Assembly (NCBI GenBank): GCA_965214935.1
Contig: CBDCCS010000022.1
Span: forward strand, 512,001 to 576,000
Reading direction: 5' to 3'
Source: Candidatus Velthaea sp.
GTDB lineage: Bacteria; Vulcanimicrobiota; Vulcanimicrobiia; Vulcanimicrobiales; Vulcanimicrobiaceae
DNA length: 64,000 nt
A model generated the notes under the pieces. The model had not been told where the DNA came from and ran no database searches. It saw nothing but the letters and a program-made list of their open reading frames with translations. How positions within the stretch are numbered: the first letter of the stretch is position 1; the number at the start of each line of letters is the position of its first letter. This document shows positions 18,001 through 25,898 of the stretch, one piece after another. The translations under genes were made by a program, and so were the position numbers.

Positions 18001-19405
18001 ACTCCAGGACGCCGTCGACGGCGTGCCGCGCGCTGCGCATTGCGCCCTCGATACTGGCCGGAAACTTGTGGTTAGTGTAGCAGCCGGCTAAAAAGAGATT
18101 GCGTACCGGTGTCCGATGTCCGGGCCGCAATCGTTCGGCTCCGGGGCTCGCCCGATAGACGCTTTTCGGGACGCGAACGAGTTTGGCTTTGACCAGCGAC
18201 TGCTTTGTGGCGGCGGGATACAGCTTACGCATGTCGGTCATCACGCGGTCGATGACCGTTTCGTCATCCAGTTTAATCAGATCGTCGGCCGGCGCGATGC
18301 AAACTTCGATGAACGACTTGCCCGGCCACTCGTAACCGCTCGATGCTTGACCGAGATCGGCGTGTACCGGCAGCAGCGTGCCCGCACCGAAAATGAGATT
18401 CGTGTGCTTGGAGATCGGCCGGTCGAACCAAAAATGCCCGTTGATGATCGGCGACGACGTGAGCTTCCCGACTCCGTGCACGAGCGGATCGCGCAACATC
18501 TCAGCCGGCAGCAAACGCGCGGCATTATGCACCGGCGTTGCGACAATAACGCTATCGGCGTAGAAGACGCGGCCGTCATCGCAACGCGCGCCGATACACC
18601 GGTCCGCGCTAAAGAGCAATTCGACGACGCGCGCGTCTTTGAGCACGCGCTGCCCGCGTTCGCGGCAATGACGCGCGATGGGGTCGATCAAACGATCGAC
18701 GGGCGGACCATCGAGAAATCCGGCCCGGCTGGCGTTTTTCGAACTGGCGAAATACGCCATCACGCGCAGCATCGCTTCAGCCGAGATTTTCTCGACCGGC
18801 GTGAAGTTCAACGCCAGCGCCATCGGCGCGAAGAACGTCGCGAGCATATGCTCGGACATCTTACGCTTGCGGTGCCAATCGCTGTAGGTGATATCGTCTT
18901 GACGCTCGGCGTACGCGTGGTCGCCGACGAGTACCGGCAACGTGCCGAGCGCAAACAGCAGTTTCTCGTACGTATTGAAGACGTATTTTGCATTGAGGAC
19001 CGCGCCGACGCCGTTGAAGGGCGACGGTGCATCGACGAAATGAAATTCTTCGAATACCGGCTGCGAGCCGACCCGGTTCGAGAAACCCGGCGGCATTGCG
19101 AATGTCAGCGTATGCGGCTGCCACAGGACGTGGTGCGAGATGCCGACGTCGCGCAACAACGCATGGACGGTATCGTAGCCGCCGAAAAACGAGTGCAGTC
19201 CGGTCTCGAGAATGTCGCCGTCACGGTCGCGCCATGATGAAAGCTTCCCGCCTAAAACGTCGCGTTTCTCGAGCACCGTTGCCGAGCGCCCGGCATCAGC
19301 CAGAAACTTCGCGGCCGCCAGGCCCGCCGGTCCGCCGCCGATGATGAGCGTGTCGGTGTCCGTGCGCGCGACATCGGCGTATTCTGATTCAGTGGTTACG
19401 AGCAG
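17981..19405 (-). CDS. crtP: Phytoene desaturase of the cyanobacterial/Chlorobi CrtP(/CrtQ) type; probable CTG start
   Basis: IIGGGPAGL Rossmann motif in frame upstream of the tracked start; GGKLSSWRD.DGD..ETGLH.FFG.Y, F.PMALALNF, FLDG, VPKSVY and FLAG.YT...ASIEGA motifs. Confidence 0.72.
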   Translation of the reverse strand: MLVTTESEYADVARTDTDTLIIGGGPAGLAAAKFLADAGRSATVLEKRDVLGGKLSSWRDRDGDILETGLHSFFGGYDTVHALLRDVGISHHVLWQPHTLTFAMPPGFSNRVGSQPVFEEFHFVDAPSPFNGVGAVLNAKYVFNTYEKLLFALGTLPVLVGDHAYAERQDDITYSDWHRKRKMSEHMLATFFAPMALALNFTPVEKISAEAMLRVMAYFASSKNASRAGFLDGPPVDRLIDPIARHCRERGQRVLKDARVVELLFSADRCIGARCDDGRVFYADSVIVATPVHNAARLLPAEMLRDPLVHGVGKLTSSPIINGHFWFDRPISKHTNLIFGAGTLLPVHADLGQASSGYEWPGKSFIEVCIAPADDLIKLDDETVIDRVMTDMRKLYPAATKQSLVKAKLVRVPKSVYRASPGAERLRPGHRTPVRNLFLAGCYTNHKFPASIEGAMRSARHAVDGVLEFAGARA

Positions 19406-19407
19406 AA

Positions 19408-19860
19408 CTAAAGACCTCGAAGAGCGACGAGTGTCGGCGTGTCTTGCGCCATGAGGCCGGCATGGATGAGCGTCCAGTACATGATATACAGCCCCTTGGA
19501 CGACGCACCCGTCATCGCCGTCAGCTGATCGCCGATGAACTGCGCACCGCTGATCTGACCCGATGAATTTAATTCGTCGAGCAAGTGGGGGACGTCCGGC
19601 TTCATTTCGGGTAGTCCTAAGGAACGAACCGGAACGGAAACGCCGATCTGCTGCGGAACGACGAAGCCCGCGGCTTTCAGGCGTGTCATGATCGATTTGA
19701 TGTTACCCGGAAGCTGCAATTTCATCGTCAACACATTACGCACGACGTCGACGCCGACGTCGGTTGAACCCGCAGTCGACTGCGCGGCCGCCAGCGCAAG
19801 GGTAGTTGCGCCCGGACGTGACAGATCGAGCGGAATCGTCAACGCGGCAAAGGCCCCCAT
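19408..19860 (-). CDS. Hypothetical protein, possibly two Cys-less HMA-like repeats
   Basis: Strong GGAGGAG RBS before ATG 19860; heads the crt operon. Confidence 0.7.
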   Translation of the reverse strand: MGAFAALTIPLDLSRPGATTLALAAAQSTAGSTDVGVDVVRNVLTMKLQLPGNIKSIMTRLKAAGFVVPQQIGVSVPVRSLGLPEMKPDVPHLLDELNSSGQISGAQFIGDQLTAMTGASSKGLYIMYWTLIHAGLMAQDTPTLVALRGL

Positions 19861-19958
19861 GAGTTGTCTCCTCCGGCTCGGCCGGTAACGGTGCGACACA
19901 GCTGTCGTTCGTCAATAACATACGCGCCGCGGGCGCGAAAGGTTGTAGTCCACGCTTC

Positions 19959-21041
19959 ATGCCGGTCATTGAGATAACGCCCCAAACAAACATTCGCGAA
20001 CTTGTCGAAGCGCTGCCGATTGCGGCGGACGTTCTCGGCCAATTCGGTCTTGCCTGTTCGGGCTGCGGTGTTAATAAATACGAAAACATTGCCGCCGGCG
20101 CGAAAGCTCACGGCTTGCGCCCCGAACCGATTGTCGCCGCATTGCGCCAAGCACGCCTGTCCGGGCGAGTTCCGACGATCATGAATGAGGATCGCGCGCC
20201 GGCGCGCCGCGCCCCGAGCGAATTTGCGCGGCGAGCGAGATTCGCGTACGTCGTGCCGGTCATGTCCGGCAAGGGCGGCGTCGGCAAATCACTCACGACC
20301 GGTTTGCTGGCGATCGGTTTACGACGTGCCGGCAAACGCGTGGGCATTCTCGATGCCGATATCACCGGGCCGTCGATTCCGCGGCTATTCGGCATGACGA
20401 CGCCGCTGGGCATCGAGAGCGACCCGGCGGTTCCGGCCGGTCAAGCGCCAAAACCGCTCATGGTGCCGGCACTCTCACGATCGGCGATCGAAATCGTCAG
20501 CTCGAATCTACTGACCGATAAAGAAGACACCGCGATGATCTGGCGCGGCCCGATCTTGTCCGGCGTCATCCGTCAGTTCTACGAACAGGTGCTGTGGAGC
20601 GATCTCGACGTCTTGCTCATCGATTTGCCGCCCGGAACGTCCGATGCGCCGTTGACCGTTTTGCAATCGCTCGATATCGACGGCGTTGTCCTCGTGACGA
20701 TGCCGCAACGCCTTGCGACGATGATCGTGCGCAAAGCCGCAAATCTCATTCATCAGTTAAAGAAGCCGATTCTCGGAGTCGTTGAAAACATGTCGTACTT
20801 TATCGCGGCCGACACCGGTAAACGGTACGACGTTTTCGGACCGTCCTATGCCGATCAGGTCGCCGAGCTCGCGGGTGCCCCGGTGCTCGCGCGGATGCCG
20901 ATCGATCCGCGGATCGTCGAACTCGCCGACAACGGCCGCATCGAGGAGATCGACGATCCGATCGTCGACTTGCTGGCGACGCGGCTCATGGAAGTGCTTG
21001 CGGCACACCCGAAACCCAAGCAAACGATTTCAATCATCTAA
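19959..21041 (+). CDS. mrp: Mrp/ApbC-family P-loop ATPase with N-terminal DUF1858-like CxxC domain
   Basis: MSGKGGVGKS, LDADITGPSIP, IWRGP, DLPPGTSD and GVVENMS; N-terminal FGLACSGC...E.I..GAKAHG. Confidence 0.88.
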   Translation: MPVIEITPQTNIRELVEALPIAADVLGQFGLACSGCGVNKYENIAAGAKAHGLRPEPIVAALRQARLSGRVPTIMNEDRAPARRAPSEFARRARFAYVVPVMSGKGGVGKSLTTGLLAIGLRRAGKRVGILDADITGPSIPRLFGMTTPLGIESDPAVPAGQAPKPLMVPALSRSAIEIVSSNLLTDKEDTAMIWRGPILSGVIRQFYEQVLWSDLDVLLIDLPPGTSDAPLTVLQSLDIDGVVLVTMPQRLATMIVRKAANLIHQLKKPILGVVENMSYFIAADTGKRYDVFGPSYADQVAELAGAPVLARMPIDPRIVELADNGRIEEIDDPIVDLLATRLMEVLAAHPKPKQTISII

Positions 21042-22274
21042 CAGCGTGCGGTCGGCGGGCCAGTCGGCAAGTTTTCCGAGTTCGCCCGTCGGCAACGCCG
21101 GCCCGAAACTGAACGAGCGCGGCCGTTCGGGCGGCGTGAGATACAGGTCGCTCCATGCAAAGAGCGTCGCGCGCAGCACGCTTTCATCGATGGTACGATC
21201 GTGCGGGACGATGTAGGCCTTGAGCCGATTGCCTTCAGCGGGTTGCATCAAGCGGACGGCGGCATCGGCGATTGCCGGATGACCGCGCAGCAGTGCGCCG
21301 ATTTTCTCCGGCAACACATTGGTTCCGCCGACTTGCACGGCACCCTCGCGCCGCCCGGCCGGCCGTACGTGTCGTGCGTCGTCCCAGGTCAGCAAGTCCG
21401 GCGCCCGAAGCGTTCGTTCGCTGCCGTCCGGTGAGCGGCGCACGAGATCGTCGCCCCCACCCCGCCGCCAATAGGGCAGCAATGCGTATGCTTCGGACGG
21501 GTCGCGGCGCATGCCGATTCCGGCGGTTTCCGACGAACCGTACACCTCCGTCAGGGACCCGACCCCACGGGCGACGACCGTACGGGCGACGGCCGCCGAA
21601 CACGGCGCCGTGGAGGTAACACCACGCACGTCCGCCGTCAGCGGCGCAACGCCGGCTGCAAACCCGGCCCAAAAATCGGGATGTCCCACGACGAGATCGC
21701 CGTCCGCCAGCAATGCGCCGAGCCCGGCCGCCGACGTGCCGCGAACGTCGATAACGCCGGCGTTAAGTCGAACCGGCAACAGCACGGTCCACAAGAAGCC
21801 GTAGATATGGTGGCTTGGAACCGCAGCAACGACCCGCCGGACATTGCTGAACGCCGCCGCCAGGACGTCGATCTCCGCCAGCAGATCGGTCAGCGCATGA
21901 ACGCACCATTTTGGTTCGCCGGTGCTGCCGGACGTCTGGAAGGTTACCGCTCCATGATAACCCGTCAAGCTTCGGCAAGTGGTATCGATCCATTCGCCGA
22001 CCGTCGTGCGCGTCAGCAACGTGTCTTCGATGTTGCTCTGCTGCAGATGGATCGCTTCGCCGAGCGCCGTCGCCAGCTTCAAGCGATCGAGCGAATCGGC
22101 ACCGACTCCCGATTCGCCGAGGTCGAGCGTATCGGGCCAAGGCAACGGCGGTAAGCGGCGGCCGGGAGCGATGCGCCGGGCCTCACTTGCAACCAGGTCG
22201 CAAACGAAGCGGCCGACGGCATGACGATCGCGCCACCACCGCACCGAGTCACCCGCTTCAGATGATTCGGACAA
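21030..22274 (-). CDS. pcl: 4-coumarate-CoA ligase, PYP-activation family
   Basis: N-terminal ACP-like G.DSL.RL.LA segment; FQTSGSTGEPK, VP.HHIYG, TSTAPC, EVYGSSETAG, GRR..AVQVGG.NV and RLKA motifs; short AMP-ligase architecture. Confidence 0.8.
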   Translation of the reverse strand: MSESSEAGDSVRWWRDRHAVGRFVCDLVASEARRIAPGRRLPPLPWPDTLDLGESGVGADSLDRLKLATALGEAIHLQQSNIEDTLLTRTTVGEWIDTTCRSLTGYHGAVTFQTSGSTGEPKWCVHALTDLLAEIDVLAAAFSNVRRVVAAVPSHHIYGFLWTVLLPVRLNAGVIDVRGTSAAGLGALLADGDLVVGHPDFWAGFAAGVAPLTADVRGVTSTAPCSAAVARTVVARGVGSLTEVYGSSETAGIGMRRDPSEAYALLPYWRRGGGDDLVRRSPDGSERTLRAPDLLTWDDARHVRPAGRREGAVQVGGTNVLPEKIGALLRGHPAIADAAVRLMQPAEGNRLKAYIVPHDRTIDESVLRATLFAWSDLYLTPPERPRSFSFGPALPTGELGKLADWPADRTLLDD

Positions 22275-22291
22275 CCGCCGGCCGTTCGGCG

Positions 22292-22765
22292 TTAAGCGCT
22301 CGGCACTTTGGCACGATACGATTCGTCGATCGCAGTCATCTTTTCGACCTTACGCGTGGAACCGCCGCCGGCGAACTCGGAAGCCAAGAACGCATCGACG
22401 ATCGATTTCGCGAGCTCTGGCCCGATGACGCGCGCGCCCAGCGCCAGGACATGAGCATCGTTGCTTTTGCGCGCCCGTTCGGCGCTATACACGTCATGCG
22501 CTTGGGCGGCGCGCACACCGGGAACCTTATTGGCGGTAATCGCCATGCCGATGCCGGTCCCGCAAATGAGAATAGCCCGCTGTTCGCGGCCTGCGGCAAT
22601 TGCTTCGGCGACGTCACGCGCAACGTCGGGATAATCGACATCCGGCGTTGCCTGTGCGCTGCGTACACCGAAGTCTTCCACCTCGACGCCGCTGCGCTCC
22701 AGATGGTCGACGATAATGTCTTTGAGGTCGAAGCCGGCCTCGTCGCTTCCGATTGCTACGCGCAT
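22292..22765 (-). CDS. RpiB/LacAB-family sugar-phosphate isomerase (DerI/EryI-like)
   Basis: IGSDEAG, DYP, ICGTGIGM.I.ANKVPGVRA and SAERARKSNDA motifs. Confidence 0.88.
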   Translation of the reverse strand: MRVAIGSDEAGFDLKDIIVDHLERSGVEVEDFGVRSAQATPDVDYPDVARDVAEAIAAGREQRAILICGTGIGMAITANKVPGVRAAQAHDVYSAERARKSNDAHVLALGARVIGPELAKSIVDAFLASEFAGGGSTRKVEKMTAIDESYRAKVPSA

Positions 22766-22769
22766 TGCG

Positions 22770-23435
22770 TCACCTTTGAACTTCGAGATGCGGTTGGGGC
22801 GCCGCCGGGTCGACCTGGCGCGCGATCGTTTCCAGAATGAGCGCGGTCGAGGTCGCGCCGGCATCTTGATGACCGCGCGTGCGCTCACCGAGCTTTGCCG
22901 CCCGGCCGCGCTTGGCAATCATGTCGCTCGTCGACCGGGCACCGGCGGCGGCCGCGGCCGCGGCAGCGTTCAAAACTTCGCCGATGCCTGCTCCGCCGTC
23001 CGCAGACCGGGCGGCCGCCTCGGCCGCCGGTATCAACGCATCGAGCATCGTCTTATCGCCGGCTTGCGCCTTACCGCGCGTCACCACTCCGTCGACCGCT
23101 GCTTTGAGAATCGCTGCAACCGCGCTGCCGTCGAGCGTTTCGGCCGTATTCGCCGCCGCGCCGGCGCGTATGAACGCCGTGCCGAAAATCGGACCCATCG
23201 CCGCCCCGACGGCATTCACCAGCGTCATTCCGACCTTTTGCAACACGCCGCCGACCGTCGGCGGCATTTCGGCTGCGAGCGCAGCTTGCACCGCGCGAAC
23301 GCCGATCGTCAGACTGACGCCGTGATCGCCGTCGCCGCCGACCGCGTCGAGCTGCGAAAGGATGTCGGCATTCGCTTCAACCGCCGCGGCAACGGCGTCG
23401 ACGACGGTTCGAGCGTCGGGCGCGCTCGCCGCCAT
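22770..23435 (-). CDS. dhaL: DhaL-type (DAK2) kinase nucleotide-binding subunit
   Basis: LD..GGDGDHG, GDKTMLDAL and GRA..LGERTRGHQDAGA motifs. Confidence 0.9.
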   Translation of the reverse strand: MAASAPDARTVVDAVAAAVEANADILSQLDAVGGDGDHGVSLTIGVRAVQAALAAEMPPTVGGVLQKVGMTLVNAVGAAMGPIFGTAFIRAGAAANTAETLDGSAVAAILKAAVDGVVTRGKAQAGDKTMLDALIPAAEAAARSADGGAGIGEVLNAAAAAAAAGARSTSDMIAKRGRAAKLGERTRGHQDAGATSTALILETIARQVDPAAPQPHLEVQR

Positions 23436-24568
23436 TACGAGTGTCCGGCTCCCGGACGTAACACGATTTTGAGCGAGTCTTCGCCGCGCTCCATCACCTC
23501 GAAGCCTTTTTTGAAATCGGCGAGCGCAAACTGATGGGTCACGATGTTGCGAACGTCGATCGTCCGGTCGGCGATGTAGCGAATCGCGCGCGGATACGTG
23601 TACGGACCGAGGTGTGCGCCGAGGACATCGAGTTCTTTGCGATCGCCGATGATCGACCAGTCGACGGTCGTCTCATCGGTGAACACGCTAAATTCGATGA
23701 ACCGGCCGAGTTTCCGAATCATCTTCAAACCCATGTTGACCATCGGGGCGTAGCCGGTCGCCTCAATGAAAACATCGCAGCCGTAGCCGCCGGTCAACCG
23801 GCTGATCTCGGCAAAGGCGTCGGTCTCTTTGGGATTGATCAGGACATCGGCACCCATCCGCTTGGCCAATGCCAGACGCGACGACTTCGCATCGAGCACG
23901 ACGATTGTTTTGGGGTTACGTAAACGCAAACCGCCGATCATTCCCAAGCCGAGCGTGCCGGCGCCGGCCACGACGACGATGTCGTCGGGTTCGACTGCCG
24001 CGCGTTCGACGGCATGCAGCGCGCACGCAAGCGGTTCGACGACGATCGCTTCTTCGATCGGAATCAAATCGGGCACTTTGTGCACGATGGCTTCTTTGGT
24101 GTATATCATGTATTCGGCCATCGCGCCGTTAACGTTGTTCTGAAAGCCGTATAGATCGTGCTTCTGGCACATCCAGTACTGGCCGTGATTGCAAAACCGG
24201 CACTGCCAACACGGGACGATCTGTTCGGAGATCACCCGCTCGCCGATGGCGATTTGATGCTTCTCGCCGGCGCCTTCACCTAACGCGACGACCCGGCCGA
24301 TGAATTCGTGCCCGGGGATCATCGGCGGCTTGACGTACCGCGGCTGTTCGGCGTCGCCCCAGAATGAGGGTGCGCCGTGATACGTCTTGATGTCGCCGGC
24401 GCAAATACCGACGGCCTCGACGCTGGTCAGAACTTCGAGCGGTCCGGGCTGCGGCACGGGGACGGTCTCGAGCCGGTAATCACCAGGGCCGTGACACACG
24501 ACGGCCGCCATCGTGGCGGGGATGCTGCCGACCGGCGGACGATCGGGTGTCGCAATGGTCATACTCAT
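23435..24568 (-). CDS. eltD: Zinc-dependent polyol dehydrogenase, erythritol/L-threitol dehydrogenase-like
   Basis: AVVCHGP.DYRLE, GICAGD.K.YHGA..FWGD, IPGHEF, EQIVPCWQCRFC and VDWSIIGDRKELD motifs. Confidence 0.8.
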   Translation of the reverse strand: MSMTIATPDRPPVGSIPATMAAVVCHGPGDYRLETVPVPQPGPLEVLTSVEAVGICAGDIKTYHGAPSFWGDAEQPRYVKPPMIPGHEFIGRVVALGEGAGEKHQIAIGERVISEQIVPCWQCRFCNHGQYWMCQKHDLYGFQNNVNGAMAEYMIYTKEAIVHKVPDLIPIEEAIVVEPLACALHAVERAAVEPDDIVVVAGAGTLGLGMIGGLRLRNPKTIVVLDAKSSRLALAKRMGADVLINPKETDAFAEISRLTGGYGCDVFIEATGYAPMVNMGLKMIRKLGRFIEFSVFTDETTVDWSIIGDRKELDVLGAHLGPYTYPRAIRYIADRTIDVRNIVTHQFALADFKKGFEVMERGEDSLKIVLRPGAGHS

Positions 24569-24627
24569 ACGGGCCTCGATTCAGCGGATACGTGAGTGTT
24601 TGTTTCTCGAGCGTTCGCGTGTAGACT

Positions 24628-24657
24628 ACGGTAATGGTTTACCCTTGGGCCTGTCAA
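24628..24657 (-). promoter_or_regulatory. eltD promoter (TTGACA-N18-TACCGT) overlapped by LacI-type operator GGTAATGGTTTACC (24630-24643)
   Basis: Read directly from the sequence; adjacent to the divergent LacI gene. Confidence 0.6.
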
Positions 24658-24714
24658 ACGGCGCATTCGACGGCAACAATTTGATGTCTGCCAAGCGCCT
24701 GGACGGAAACGTCC

Positions 24715-25764
24715 GTGGCTAGCATTAAAGATGTGGCGGAACGTGCGGGTGTTTCCGTCGCGAGCGTCTCGCGCGTCTTGAATACGAGCCGTCCGGTCGC
24801 CGGCCACACGCGCGACCGCGTTGTCGCCGCTGCGCGCGATCTCAACTACAGCATCGATCAGCGCGCGCGCGCAATCCGCTTGCAGAAATCCGGAACGCTC
24901 GGACTTATCGTAGCGGATGTCGCCAACCCGTTCACCGCCGAAGTCATTCGTTCGATCGAAGCCGTTGCATATCGGAACGGTCACGATTTATTTTTGTGCA
25001 ACTCCGATGAAGATGCGGATCGCGAACGGCTGCACTGTCAGGCGATGATGAGTCAGCGGATCGGCGGGATTATCTTGTTGCCGGTGTCTTTTAGCGGCAG
25101 CGCATTAACGCCGCTGCTCAATAACGATATTCCGGTGGTTTGCCTCGATCGAAACATCGAGGACTTTTCCCTCGACGCGGTGTTAGTGAACAACGACGCG
25201 GGCGGAACGATGGCCGCCGTCGCCTTGTTCGAAGCCGGTCATCGGCGGATCGGCATCATCGGCGCCGGCCGGACGACGCCCGGGCGCGATCGCGTCGTCA
25301 GCTTCCGGCGCACGCTGGCTGAGCGCGGCGTGCACATCGACGACGAACTCGTGCGCAGCGGCGAATACAAAGAAGACGGCGGTTACACCGAAACGCTGTC
25401 GCTGCTTTCCCGCGCCCAGCGGCCGACGGCGCTCTTCATCGTCAATCATCCGATGACGATCGGGGCCTTGCGAGCGATTCGAGATTTAGGGCTGCACGTA
25501 CCACGCGACGTGAGTCTCTTGGCCTTTGACGATCCGACCTGGGCACCGTTCCTCGATCCACCGCTCTCGGCGATCCGTCAACCGACCGATTTACTTGGTT
25601 CGTGCGCCGCCGAGATGTTGATCGAACGCGTCGATGCGCGTTACGTCGGTCCGGCACGCCTCATCGTCTTACAGCCGCAGTACATGCAACGCTCGTCGAT
25701 CGGCACGTTACCGCCGGAAGCAGCAGCGCTTTCAAAAATAGTTCCCTTGGCCGAACGGCTCTAA
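24715..25764 (+). CDS. LacI family transcriptional regulator
   Basis: SIKDVAERAGVSVASVSRVLN HTH followed by a sugar-binding domain. Confidence 0.95.
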   Translation: MASIKDVAERAGVSVASVSRVLNTSRPVAGHTRDRVVAAARDLNYSIDQRARAIRLQKSGTLGLIVADVANPFTAEVIRSIEAVAYRNGHDLFLCNSDEDADRERLHCQAMMSQRIGGIILLPVSFSGSALTPLLNNDIPVVCLDRNIEDFSLDAVLVNNDAGGTMAAVALFEAGHRRIGIIGAGRTTPGRDRVVSFRRTLAERGVHIDDELVRSGEYKEDGGYTETLSLLSRAQRPTALFIVNHPMTIGALRAIRDLGLHVPRDVSLLAFDDPTWAPFLDPPLSAIRQPTDLLGSCAAEMLIERVDARYVGPARLIVLQPQYMQRSSIGTLPPEAAALSKIVPLAERL

Positions 25765-25766
25765 CC

Positions 25767-25780
25767 GGTAAAGAATTACC
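25767..25780. promoter_or_regulatory. Second LacI-type operator GGTAAAGAATTACC
   Basis: Same GGTAA-N4-TTACC palindrome, upstream of the ATPase-dhaK operon. Confidence 0.5.
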
Positions 25781-25898
25781 ATCCGGCGAAGTGATGCGTT
25801 TATCCGCCGGTTCTTGCACGCGCTGTTTCGCGCTGTACCATCCACGCTGTACCATCGCACCGCTTGCACGCGGTGAAGCTTAGGAGCAGTGACTCGTC

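Noticed and set aside
18116..19237. Long opposite-strand ORFs here and elsewhere (e.g. 21911-22840, 58788-59702)
   Set aside because: Antisense shadows of well-supported genes, expected in high-GC DNA.
19400..19420. GAGGT-CTT-TAG resembling the prfB +1 frameshift site
   Set aside because: The +1 frame stops within a few codons; the desaturase is in the -1 frame.
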